From an uncultured Gemmatimonadaceae bacterium (lineage in GTDB: Bacteria > Gemmatimonadota > Gemmatimonadetes > Gemmatimonadales > Gemmatimonadaceae), in the NCBI GenBank assembly GCA_963781585.1, contig CAWAGQ010000011.1, positions 256,001-320,000 on the forward strand: a stretch of 64,000 nt of DNA. The letters run 5' to 3'. Each line of letters opens with the position of its first letter. Within the stretch, counting starts at the first letter, position 1. Positions 20,660 to 30,316 of the stretch are shown here, one piece after another. The notes under the pieces were generated by a model. That model saw nothing but the letters and a program-made list of their open reading frames with translations, did not search any database and was not told where the DNA came from. A program made the position numbers and the translations under genes.

Positions 20660-21471
20660 CTACTGCTCGCGTAATGCCTCGACCGGATCCACCCGTGCGG
20701 CGCGCCAGGCCGGGATCAGGCCGGCGCCAAGCGCTACGCCGCCGAGCACCAGGACGGCCATGGCGTACACCCCGGGATCCGCAGGCTGCATTCCATATAG
20801 AAGGGTGGTCACCAGTCTGGTCGATGCCAGCGCGCCCGCCGTGCCGATGAGCACACCGAGCACGATGAGTACGGCGACCTCGCTCAGGACCATCCGCACC
20901 ACGCGCGCGTGCAGCGCGCCGAGTGCGATGCGAACGCCGATCTCGCCGCGCCGCCGCGCCACGGCGTACGACATCACGCCGTAGAGGCCAAGGATCGCCA
21001 GCGTCAGCGCCAGCACTCCGAACAGCCCGGAGAGCAGCGCGAGCATACGCTCGCGCTGCAGGGAGTCGGACAGCTGGTGCGCCATCGTTCGAATGTCGCC
21101 ACGGGGAGCGGGCGCAGCACGAGGGCGTCGAGCAGTGTGAAAATGGTCGTATTCGCGCCGATGCCGAGGGCAAGCGATCCGACGGCGACGAGCGTGAAGG
21201 CGGGGGAATGCCGGAGCGCGCGGAACGCGTATCGGAGGTCGGCGGCGACCGACTGGATCCAGGCGGGGATGTCGGCGTCGCGCGTGCGCTCGTGGAGTGC
21301 CGTCCGGTTCCCGAACTGACGGCGCGCGAGCGCCTGGGCTTCAGGCGCGGAAAGCCCGCCCGCGCGCAGATCTTCCGCGCGTTCGCTCAAGTGGAATGCC
21401 ATCTCGCGCTCGATGTCGCGCGAGACCCGATTCGACCGCAGGAAGTTGAAGAGGCGATGGTACCAGGCCAT
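20660..21471 (-). pseudogene. ADOP permease with large internal deletion
   Basis: N-terminal ~125 aa ([11 protein letters not shown]...[23 protein letters not shown]) joined out of frame near 21096-21100 to the last ~145 aa ([20 protein letters not shown]...RVDPVEALREQ). Confidence 0.9.
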
Positions 21472-21528
21472 GGCGACGTTACCCGATGCCGTTCCCGGTG
21501 CGCGTCACAGAGTGGAATGCGCGCCAAG

Positions 21529-21556
21529 TATAGCTAGCTATGTATTGTAAATAGAA
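21529..21556 (-). promoter_or_regulatory. AT-rich promoter/operator upstream of the ADOP remnant
   Basis: Imperfect palindrome CTATGTA-ttg-TAAATAG (21538-21554) containing minus-strand TACAAT, in otherwise ~70% GC DNA. Confidence 0.5.
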
Positions 21557-21861
21557 CAGCGGCTTCCCGGCGTCAACCGGGGTCGCGACGGCTGCCCACG
21601 TACCGCCGCCACTGCAGGCGTGACCAGCACGACCGTGGAGGAAACGTGAGGGACGCCGAGGAAGGGCGACGACTCGCGGAATGCGGCGTGTTGCCGGAAT
21701 CGCTCAGGGCCGTGGCCGTTTGCGCGGCCCGTCGCGGAGAAGTGCGTCGATCCGCCGCCGTAGCTGTCAGCCAGATGACAGCACGTTGCGCGCCTTACGC
21801 CGGATGCGTTGATTGCGCGCATCGACTCCGTCTGGGGTTGATCCCGACGCCATGACCCCGA

Positions 21862-22782
21862 ATGCCTGACGAGACCCGGCGCCCCTGGCTGTGGATTGCG
21901 GTGCTCGGCATCGTGATCGTCGCCCTGTTCTGGCCCGCCTCCGGAACGAGCGCGGCCGCCCGCTTCTACGCGTCGCTCCGGATCGAAAAGCCGAAACCGG
22001 TGACCGCCGGCATCGCCGCGCCGCCGGGGACGAATCCGAATCGCGCGCTGCAGACGCTGGTCGGGGCGATGCTCGCCGAGAGCGTAACCGTGACGCTCGA
22101 CGAGCTTGACGAGTCGGTGCCGGACACGGGGGCCGCGAACCGGCGCGCTGGCTTCGCGGCGGCGCTTCCGTCCGGGCGAACGGACGGGCCGGTCCTGACG
22201 GTGGTGGGCGCGCATGCGATCCGGATGAAAGTGAACCGCGCCCAATTGCGGACGACGCTGGTGCAGGCGGGGATGGGCCGGACCGCGCTGGCACCCACGA
22301 TCGATGGCGCGACCGCCACGTTCAGCAATCCCCGCGCGATTCGCGCCCAGTTCGGCCATTGTCCCGAGCCGGTCGCGAACACGCTGACCGCACAGCTGCA
22401 GGGGCCGCCGCCGACCTCCACCGACTATGGCACCTGTGTCGTACTCATCGAGAGCGCGCCCACCACGGCCGAGATCCCGACCGGACTCGACGTGGGTCAA
22501 CTGGTCGAGGTCGCGCTCGAGCTTTCGGGGATGAGTCCCATCCAGGTGCAGGCGTTCCAGGCGCGCTTCGGCTGGCAGTCGGCACTGAGCCTCGTCCTGC
22601 CGCGATTCATGCGGTCGTACGACACCGTTCAGGTCGCGGGGGCGCGCGGCATGCTGCTCAACACCGCGGGAAGACGTGGCCCCACGTACACGCTGCTGTG
22701 GGAGAGCGATGGCCGCGTGTACACGCTGACGGGCTACGGCAGCGCCGCCGACGCGGTGCCACTCGCCAGCTCATTACGCTGA
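21862..22782 (+). CDS. Membrane-anchored extracytoplasmic protein, first gene of an ABC exporter operon
   Basis: Single N-terminal TM helix; C-terminal V.G..G.L...YTLLWESDGRVYTL.G resembles anti-sigma/DUF4367-type sensor domains (inference). Confidence 0.65.
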   Translation: MPDETRRPWLWIAVLGIVIVALFWPASGTSAAARFYASLRIEKPKPVTAGIAAPPGTNPNRALQTLVGAMLAESVTVTLDELDESVPDTGAANRRAGFAAALPSGRTDGPVLTVVGAHAIRMKVNRAQLRTTLVQAGMGRTALAPTIDGATATFSNPRAIRAQFGHCPEPVANTLTAQLQGPPPTSTDYGTCVVLIESAPTTAEIPTGLDVGQLVEVALELSGMSPIQVQAFQARFGWQSALSLVLPRFMRSYDTVQVAGARGMLLNTAGRRGPTYTLLWESDGRVYTLTGYGSAADAVPLASSLR

Positions 22783-22794
22783 CCGGGTGACGGC

Positions 22795-23721
22795 GTGAGC
22801 GGATCCTCCGACTACGCGATACAGACCGAGTCGCTGCGCAAGGTGTTCGGCGCGCAGGTGGCGGTTCGCGACCTGTCGCTCACGGTGCCGCGCGGGGAGA
22901 TCTTCGGGTTTCTCGGTCCCAACGGTGCGGGGAAGAGCACGTCGATCAAGATGCTCCTGGGGCTGGTGCATCCCACCAGCGGGCGCGCACAGGTCCTCGG
23001 CCGGCCGGCGACCGATGTTGCGGTGCGCCGCGCGATCGGCTTTCTCCCCGAAGACTTCCGCTTCTACGACTGGCTCACCGCGGCCGAGTTGCTGCGCTTT
23101 CATGCGCGCCTGTGCGGCATGCCTGACGCGCGGAGCCGGGTGCGCGTGCCGGCGATGCTCGATCTGGTGGGGCTCACGGCGCACGCCGATCGGCGGCTGC
23201 GTGGATTCTCCAAGGGGATGCTGCAACGCCTGGGGCTCGCGCAGGCGCTGGTGCACGAGCCGGAGCTCGTCTTTCTCGACGAGCCGACGTCCGGGCTCGA
23301 CCCGATGGGGCGGCGACTGGTGCGCGACATTCTGCGGGCCGAGCGGGAGCGGGGCGCCACGGTGTTCCTCAACTCGCACCTGCTGAGCGAGATCGAGATT
23401 ACGTGCGACCGCGTGGCCTTCATCAAGGACGGCGCGGTGGTGGGCGGCCATGACCTGCACGGATCGACCGACGACGAGTTGCGCGTTACGGTGGAGGCGC
23501 GCAACGTCACCACGGCCGCGCTGGCGGGACTGGCGGCCTGGTCAAGCGACGCGCGGCTGGTCGAGGAGCGGCTCGCGTTCACCGTGCTCTCCCGGGATGC
23601 GCTGCCGCAGATCGTGCGACATCTGGCCTCGTCAGGCGCCGACATCTACCGGGTGGTGCCGGAGCGCACGTCACTGGAGGAGCTGTTCGTCCGGATCGTG
23701 GGGGAGGACCAGGGCCGGTGA
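22795..23721 (+). CDS. ABC transporter ATP-binding protein
   Basis: Walker A GPNGAGKST, signature FSKGMLQR, Walker B VFLDEPTSGLD, H-loop NSHLL. Confidence 0.95.
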   Translation: MSGSSDYAIQTESLRKVFGAQVAVRDLSLTVPRGEIFGFLGPNGAGKSTSIKMLLGLVHPTSGRAQVLGRPATDVAVRRAIGFLPEDFRFYDWLTAAELLRFHARLCGMPDARSRVRVPAMLDLVGLTAHADRRLRGFSKGMLQRLGLAQALVHEPELVFLDEPTSGLDPMGRRLVRDILRAERERGATVFLNSHLLSEIEITCDRVAFIKDGAVVGGHDLHGSTDDELRVTVEARNVTTAALAGLAAWSSDARLVEERLAFTVLSRDALPQIVRHLASSGADIYRVVPERTSLEELFVRIVGEDQGR

Positions 23722-24551
23722 GAGCCATCTGGACGATGGCCGCGATCACGCTCCGCGAGGCGGCGCGGCGACGGATTCTGTGGACGGCGGTGATCGCGGG
23801 CGTGCTGCTGCTCGCGATTTTCGGGGTCGCGCTGCGGTTGCAGGTGATGGAGTTCGGCTCGCGGCCGATGTCCCCGTTCCTCCGGTACCAGGTCGAGAGC
23901 GGGATGTTGATGATCGGCCTCTACACCTGCGACCTGCTGGCGGTGGTGCTGACGATTCTGACGTCGATCGACACACTGGCGGGGGAGATCAGCTCGGCCA
24001 CGATCCACGCTATTGCCACGAAACCCGTCGCGCGCTGGCAGATCGTCGCCGGGAAGTTCCTCGGCTTCACCGGCATGGTCACGGCGTTTGTGGTGCTCAC
24101 GTTTGCGGGCACGGTCGCGGTGGCCTATGCGACGACCGGAGTGCTTCCGGAGCATCCGCTGCGGGGTCTGCTGCTGATCATCTTCGAGTGCGAGCTGATG
24201 CTGGCGGTGACGTTCGCGCTCGGGACCTGGTTTTCGACGCTGACGGCGGGGGTGCTGGCGCTGGGTATGCAGGGGGTGGCGTTCATGGGCGGGTGGCTGG
24301 AGCAGGTGAGCGGGTTCTCGCAGAGCGCGCACATCGTCACGTTAGGCGTGGTGTCGAGCCTGTTGATTCCGAGCGAGTCGCTGTGGCGGCGCGCGGCCTA
24401 CGTGATGCAGACGCCGCTGGCCGGCTCACTGTCGTTCTCGCCGTTCGCGAACGTGTCGATTCCGAGTGTCACGGCGGTGTGGTACGCCGGCCTCTATCTC
24501 TGTGTGGCGCTGGCGGTGGCGATCCGGCACTTCCAGGCGCGCGATCTGTAG
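23718..24551 (+). CDS. ABC-2 type permease
   Basis: Six hydrophobic segments; TLREAARRR, GEISSATIHAIATKPVARWQIVAGKFLG, C-terminal FQARDL; 4-nt overlap with the ATPase. Confidence 0.88.
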   Translation: MRAIWTMAAITLREAARRRILWTAVIAGVLLLAIFGVALRLQVMEFGSRPMSPFLRYQVESGMLMIGLYTCDLLAVVLTILTSIDTLAGEISSATIHAIATKPVARWQIVAGKFLGFTGMVTAFVVLTFAGTVAVAYATTGVLPEHPLRGLLLIIFECELMLAVTFALGTWFSTLTAGVLALGMQGVAFMGGWLEQVSGFSQSAHIVTLGVVSSLLIPSESLWRRAAYVMQTPLAGSLSFSPFANVSIPSVTAVWYAGLYLCVALAVAIRHFQARDL

Positions 24552-24659
24552 GCCCTCGCCGGCGCATTCGAGGCACATCTGTCTCACCACCAACCCGTCC
24601 TGGATGCGGTGGCACAGCCGCAGTGACGGTCGAGCGGCCGGCGCGAGTCGCGGCTGGCG

Positions 24660-25208
24660 CTATCGCAGATAAAGCTGCAGTCCCACCAGCGAGCGGAGCG
24701 ACACGCTATTGGTCGTCGATTTCGCCGTTGTGCCGAGTGTTTCGGCCTTCTGTGTGGCGTGGCGGTACTCGGCGCCCACCTCACCGAATGTCGCCAACCG
24801 GCGGCCAAGGAAGAACTGCAGACCGAAGCCCATCGAGGCGGCGAGCGAGTTGGAGCTCTCGATGGAAGAACCGGAATTCCAGGTGTACGAGACGCGGGGA
24901 ACGACGTACGGGTGCAGACTGTCGACACCGTTGCCGAAGAAGAGCGCACTCAGTCCGGCGACGACGCTCGAGGAATTGGTGGACGACGTCAGCTCGTTGG
25001 AGGAAGGTCCCGAGAGAGTCGAGCGCGTCGTGGAGTGTGAGTACGCCAGGTCAGGGCGGAGCGCGAAGTGCGCGCCCGTGTGCCACAGGACGGCGAGGCT
25101 GGGTGAGCTGCTCAGGGCAAGCGCGAGATGGCGGGGCGCCTGTGCTCCGAGCCGGATGCTACCGAGGACCATCACGACTGCGAGGATGACCGAACACCGG
25201 TTACGCAT
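24660..25208 (-). CDS. Small outer-membrane beta-barrel protein
   Basis: Start MRNRCSVILAVVMVLG (ATG 25208); alternating amphipathic strands, HPYV, GFGLQFF, C-terminal GLQLYLR. Confidence 0.7.
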   Translation of the reverse strand: MRNRCSVILAVVMVLGSIRLGAQAPRHLALALSSSPSLAVLWHTGAHFALRPDLAYSHSTTRSTLSGPSSNELTSSTNSSSVVAGLSALFFGNGVDSLHPYVVPRVSYTWNSGSSIESSNSLAASMGFGLQFFLGRRLATFGEVGAEYRHATQKAETLGTTAKSTTNSVSLRSLVGLQLYLR

Positions 25209-25377
25209 CGACGAACTCCCGGGAGTGTGATGACACAGCGTACCCCCGTCCGGCCAACCGTGGCAATCAGGGCTTCGCCGAGTAGACAGAGGGAAGGGGC
25301 GGGACGAGCATTGGGGGTGACGCGCGGAACCTCCCGGATTCGGGCGGGTTCCACACGAGCGATCCCCTGGAACGGCC

Positions 25378-26483
25378 ATGACCCCCCTTGGCTGTCTTTC
25401 GCTGGTCCGGACGCGCTGGTGGCGGTTTTTTGCTGCTGCGGCCGTCGCATCGTTCATCGCGTTAGGCGTCCAGGACGTTGCGGCCCAGGCACGCCCCGGT
25501 ACGATTTCGGGCATCGTGCGCGACTCGGCGGGCCGGCCGCTCGAAAACGCGGTGATCGGGCTCGACCCGAGCGGCAAGTCACGCGCAACGCGCGCCGATG
25601 CCCGCGGGCGCTTCCGGTTCGACAGGGTTTCCGCGGGAAAGCACGAGCTGCGCACCACCTGGCTGGGCTATCAGCCGGATGACCGGACCGTGGACGTGCC
25701 TGACGAAGGGCTGGACGTGACGATCGTCCTCACCGCGATCCCGTTCCCCCTCGACACGCTGGTTGTCGTGGCGAAGCGGACCGGCGCCTTCGGCACGGTG
25801 GTGGTGCACAACGACCTCCGGCCGCTCGGCGCGGTGCAAGTGGCGGTCGCAGGCACGCGATTCCGCAAGCAAACCGGATCGGACGGGCGCTTCTCGTTCC
25901 CCGACCTGAAGGAAGGCGGCTACCTGGTGGAGGCCCGGCGCGACGGGTTCAAGACGATGTTGCTGCCTTCGCGGTGCCGCGCGAGGACGCGGTCGAGGTG
26001 GTGCTGACGATGGACAGTGTCACGACGAAGGGCGACAAGCTGATGGAGAACCGTTTCCGCGACATGGAGACCCGATGGCACTGGCGGTCGGTGGCGAATT
26101 CCGCCCTGGTCCCACGGCAGGAACTCGCGCCTCAGCACGGCATGAGACTCGATCTCGCCCTGCGCTATGCCCCCTCGTTCGTCCACAAGACGCTGATCTT
26201 CAACGGCGAGGAGTGTGTGTGGGTGGACGGAAAGCCGTCCCCCGGGATGCGGGCGCGTGACTACGCGGCGGACGACGTCGCGTTCGTGGAGGTCTACGCC
26301 ACCGCCGGCGGCGGCGCGTCCCTCAAGGACCTGCAGGAATTCGAACTTCTGTCAGGACAGAGCAGCTGCGGTGCCTGGACGGGTACGAGCGAAATGGATA
26401 CCCCCGACGGTCCGCTGCACTATGTCTCGACGAGGCCGCGCCCCGGCACGGTGACGTTCGTCTACATCTGGCTCAAGCACTAG
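25378..26483 (+). CDS. Carboxypeptidase-regulatory-like domain protein with apparent 1-nt frameshift near 25966-25970
   Basis: ORFs 25378..26007 and 25974..26483 are consecutive halves of a paralogue of 9097/5360 (KTMLLP|AVPREDAVEV versus KTLFLSVVVPERDAVEL). Confidence 0.8.
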
Positions 26484-26513
26484 GCACCGCCGCGCGCCGC
26501 CGCCGAGCCGCGC

Positions 26514-27446
26514 TCACCGCACCGGCAGACTCCAGGCCATCGCCACCTGCCCGTGCCCCTGCGGCACCACCATGCCGTGGAGCATGATGCGATCGAGCAG
26601 GTTGTTCGGGTGGTCGTGCACGTACTGGATCACCTTGATCCCGCTGAACGTCCCGATCGCGGCGCCGAGTACCACGTCGCTTGCCCAGTGATCGTTGTGA
26701 TACATCCGCGAGATACCAACGACCGTGGCGCCGCCGTAGAGCGCGGGCCCGATGAGCCACTCCGACCACCACCTGCCGGGCCACGTGGCCCGTGATTCGG
26801 ATGTCACCGCCGCCGCAAGGGCGAACGCTGTGGACGTATGGCCGGACGGAAACGAGGTGCGCTCGGCGCTGCTGAATCCGCCACCCAGCTTGAAGTCATG
26901 CGCGTTGGTGTCAGCCGACACGAATGGACGGGATCGCCCCACGAGATCCTTCAGAACCGTGGTGATTCCGCCGGCGACCAGCAGCGCTTCGGTGCCGTGC
27001 CAGCCGACCTGCGCGGCACGCGTGTGGTGCCCGAGCCTGCCAATGAGATAGAGCCCGCCCTCGATGACGTAGCCGCCGGGCGACGCGAGCGCCTCCGACG
27101 GCTTCGAGACACCCTTCAGGAATTGATTGGCCTGCGTCACCTTGCTCTGCGATCCCAGCGCGACGTGCTTGTCGAGCTGAAAGAGACCCACCGTGGCCAC
27201 GCCGAACCCGGCTGCCAGCGCCGCGTCTTTCCAGCCGAACAGCGGCACCAGTTCGTTGGAATCGCTCTGCGCCTTCATCGCCGCGAGCACCTTGGTCACG
27301 GTGTCGGGGCGACCAACACGCACGGTGTCGGGTTGCTGCGCGTCGAGGGTGGCCGTGACCGGCGCCGGCAGGGCGACCAGGAGGGTCACCACCACGACAT
27401 AGCGCGCGATCGACGCGGGGAATTTGGATGGCGGAAGTCGCTGCAT
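26514..27446 (-). CDS. PAP2-family phosphatase
   Basis: K..VGRSRP, SFPSGH and SRMYHNDHWASDV catalytic motifs. Confidence 0.9.
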   Translation of the reverse strand: MQRLPPSKFPASIARYVVVVTLLVALPAPVTATLDAQQPDTVRVGRPDTVTKVLAAMKAQSDSNELVPLFGWKDAALAAGFGVATVGLFQLDKHVALGSQSKVTQANQFLKGVSKPSEALASPGGYVIEGGLYLIGRLGHHTRAAQVGWHGTEALLVAGGITTVLKDLVGRSRPFVSADTNAHDFKLGGGFSSAERTSFPSGHTSTAFALAAAVTSESRATWPGRWWSEWLIGPALYGGATVVGISRMYHNDHWASDVVLGAAIGTFSGIKVIQYVHDHPNNLLDRIMLHGMVVPQGHGQVAMAWSLPVR

Positions 27447-27754
27447 GTCACGTCCTGTTGGAAGAGGCGGCTCACGCGCCCCGGAGTGCGCGGCCGATTC
27501 GAAACCCTATACACACGAGAACAGCGGTGGGTCGGTCCGCGCTCCTTGACGACTCAGCCGTTTCGCTCCACTCATTGAGGAGAGCGCCAGCGACCCGGCG
27601 GATGCACGCGCCGATCGTGAGCGTTTCTCGCCGCCGATCAGGCCGTGCTTCATTTCGCAGGGGCGGCGGGCACCGCCACTGCCGAGGCCCCCATGCTCGC
27701 CGCCGGATGTACGGTGTCCCTCCGGCCTCCACACTCCTCGGAACGGGCGAGACC

Positions 27755-29014
27755 ATGAATCCCCGGCGAGCCGTCGTCGCAGCGAGCGCGTCGATCGTCG
27801 TGCTCGCCGCCTGCGCGCGCGAGAGCCGGAACACGGCACGGTCCGCCAGTGCCGCCGGGGTCGCTGGAACTGTGACCGACAGCACCGGCGTTGCGATCGT
27901 TTCCTTCGACAGCACGGCGTCAGGTGAGGCGCGCGTCCTGCGCGGGCCCGCGATCACGATCGGCGCCACACCGGAAAGCGAGCTGGCCTTTGTCAGCGGC
28001 GCCATCCGTCGTCGCGACGGCGCGATCGTGGTGGCGGATGGGCAACGGCTGCAGCTCCTGCTGTTCGACTCCGTCGGAACACTCCGCCGCGTTCTGGGGC
28101 GCGACGGTTCGGGTCCCGGCGAGTTTCGATCCATCATGTGGATGGGCCGCCTCGGCCGTGACTCGATTGCGGTATTCGACATGCGCCAACTGCGGATGTC
28201 GGTGTTCGCGGACACCGGCTTCGCGCGCTCGTATGCCGTGCGACGCAACGACCAGATTCTGGCAGCCGCGATGACCCCCGCGGGGTTTTTCCCCGGCGGC
28301 CGACCCGTCATCCACTCGGGCGGATCCTTCCTCCTCGCCGACCCGGGTCCCGCGCGGATCGAGCGCAACCAGTGGTCGGCGGCGGTCTACGATGCGGCCG
28401 GGAATCCCGGGGCCCTGATCGGTCGATTTCCCGGCAACGAGGTGGCCGTGTCGCCAATCACCTCGGGGCCCATTGCAGGACGGTTCTCCCGCTCAGGACT
28501 CCTGTTCGGACGGAGCGGTGCGCTCGCGGTGGCCGGCGACAGACTCGTCGCGCTCGACAATGGCGAATTCCGGATCGACGAATACGATGACACCGGCAGG
28601 CTGCGTCGCAGCATTCGTAGAGCGCAGACTCCCGAAGCCGTTACCGATGCTGACGTGGAGGCCCTCATCGAGGAGCGCGCGGCGACGATGGCGCGACCCG
28701 AGGCGCAGGCGCGCATGCGCGAAGCGTACAAGGGCGGCCCCCGCGCACAGACCTTCCCGATCCTGGAACCGACCCTGGTCGTCGACGCCGACGACCACAT
28801 CTGGGTTGGAGAATACCGGCGACCGGGAATGCGCGATCGACGCTGGTGGGTTTTCTCCCTGGACGGGGTCTTGTTGCGCGAGGTCATGGTGCCCGGGGCG
28901 CTTCAGGTCACCGATGCGGATTCGTCCCACCTGGTAGGAGTCTGGCGCGACCAGGACGGTGTGCAGACCGTGCGCGTATACGACCTCGTCCCGCGAGATT
29001 CCACAACGCGCTGA
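27755..29014 (+). CDS. 6-bladed beta-propeller lipoprotein
   Basis: Start MNPRRAVV with lipobox LAAC; GRDGSGPGEF, VDADDHIWV, DQDGVQTVRVY. Confidence 0.8.
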   Translation: MNPRRAVVAASASIVVLAACARESRNTARSASAAGVAGTVTDSTGVAIVSFDSTASGEARVLRGPAITIGATPESELAFVSGAIRRRDGAIVVADGQRLQLLLFDSVGTLRRVLGRDGSGPGEFRSIMWMGRLGRDSIAVFDMRQLRMSVFADTGFARSYAVRRNDQILAAAMTPAGFFPGGRPVIHSGGSFLLADPGPARIERNQWSAAVYDAAGNPGALIGRFPGNEVAVSPITSGPIAGRFSRSGLLFGRSGALAVAGDRLVALDNGEFRIDEYDDTGRLRRSIRRAQTPEAVTDADVEALIEERAATMARPEAQARMREAYKGGPRAQTFPILEPTLVVDADDHIWVGEYRRPGMRDRRWWVFSLDGVLLREVMVPGALQVTDADSSHLVGVWRDQDGVQTVRVYDLVPRDSTTR

Positions 29015-29106
29015 TCGGCCGACCGCGTCCAGGGCGGTCCGCGCCTTGCCCGATGAGGGGACTGGCTGCAGACTCCGCAGGGGTTCTTCCGTGATCCGGA
29101 GTCGCC

Positions 29107-30219
29107 GTGCGCTCGCTATCCGTGGTCGTGTCCGCCGTACTCGGCGCAGCGAGTCTGCACACCTTGCCTGCGCAGGCTTGGCGCGTCGATCCCGCACCCC
29201 TGCTCGACATTGCTGGTACGAGCGCAGATGGGAACGTGGTACTGGAGCTGGCTGTGGGCGGCGCGCGCTTCTCGTCAGGCACATGGATCATCGCAGACGG
29301 CGGCGCGTCGCAACTGCGGCTGTTCGACGCCACAGGGCATCCGGTCGCTACCATCGGGCGCAAGGGAAAGGGGCCGAACGAATTCGCGTCGATCTCCTGG
29401 CTCGGCCGGTGCGCCCGGGATTCGGTGTTCGCGTGGGATTTCGCGCAACAACGGATGTCGGTGGTATCCGCCGGCGGGGAGATCGTGAGCCAGGCGCGAT
29501 TGCCGGCCGACCCGTCGATTGGCGTGCGGCCATTTACCCTGGCATGCTCGCGGAGCGGTGTCGTCGCCGTGCAGGGCTGGGGCAAGTCGTCCCAGCCAGA
29601 TGCGTCGGGTGTGCTGCGAAGCCCCGGTCCGATGGTGCTTCTGGACGCGGCTGGGCGGCTCAAGGCCCGAATCGGCGACATTCCCGGTGACGAGATGGCG
29701 ATGACTGGAATGGGGGTCGGCCCGCGGCCACTTGGCAGGACCACGAGATTCGCCTTGTCGGACGATCGGCTGTTTGTGGGCACCGGGGATTCGGCCAGCA
29801 TCGTGAGCTTCGACCTGACGGGGAAGCCACGCGACGTGATCTCGCTCGCCCTCGCGCCGAAACGCCCAACGCAGCAGAACCGGGAGCAGGCGGTCGCGTC
29901 GCTCGTCGCGTTCGCGCCCCGGGGAGGCGTGCGCGATGCGATGCGGCAGGCGCTCATGCAGATCGCGATGCCCCGGGAGCTGCCACCGTACACCGCGCTG
30001 TTCACCGACCCGTCGGGGAGGTTGTGGATCCAGACGTCGTTTCCCGGCGATGACCGGACGCGGCTCCAATCCGTGTCGACCACCGGGCGCGTGCAGGGCA
30101 GCCTCGAACTGCCGCGCGACATCATCGTGTTCGAGATCGGCACCGAGTATGTGCTGGGCAAGTACGCGGAGGCGGGCGGCGAGGAGCACGTCGTGGCCTA
30201 CGCGATTCACGGTCCCTAG
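29107..30219 (+). CDS. Secreted 6-bladed beta-propeller protein
   Basis: Signal peptide; GRKGKGPNEF, DPSGRLWI, GGEEHVVAY. Confidence 0.8.
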   Translation: MRSLSVVVSAVLGAASLHTLPAQAWRVDPAPLLDIAGTSADGNVVLELAVGGARFSSGTWIIADGGASQLRLFDATGHPVATIGRKGKGPNEFASISWLGRCARDSVFAWDFAQQRMSVVSAGGEIVSQARLPADPSIGVRPFTLACSRSGVVAVQGWGKSSQPDASGVLRSPGPMVLLDAAGRLKARIGDIPGDEMAMTGMGVGPRPLGRTTRFALSDDRLFVGTGDSASIVSFDLTGKPRDVISLALAPKRPTQQNREQAVASLVAFAPRGGVRDAMRQALMQIAMPRELPPYTALFTDPSGRLWIQTSFPGDDRTRLQSVSTTGRVQGSLELPRDIIVFEIGTEYVLGKYAEAGGEEHVVAYAIHGP

Positions 30220-30229
30220 TTCGCCGTAC

Positions 30230-30268
30230 CAAGGCCCGAGCCCAAAGGGCCAGGACAAAGGCCAAACC
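30230..30268. repeat. Degenerate heptamer tract (GGCCAAA-like)
   Basis: caaggcccgagcccaaagggccaggacaaaggccaaa; resembles the arrays at 50142, 55240 and 62289. Confidence 0.4.
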
Positions 30269-30316
30269 CTGACGTGACTGCGGGTGTCCCATTTCGGCGC
30301 CACCACAATCCCCACC

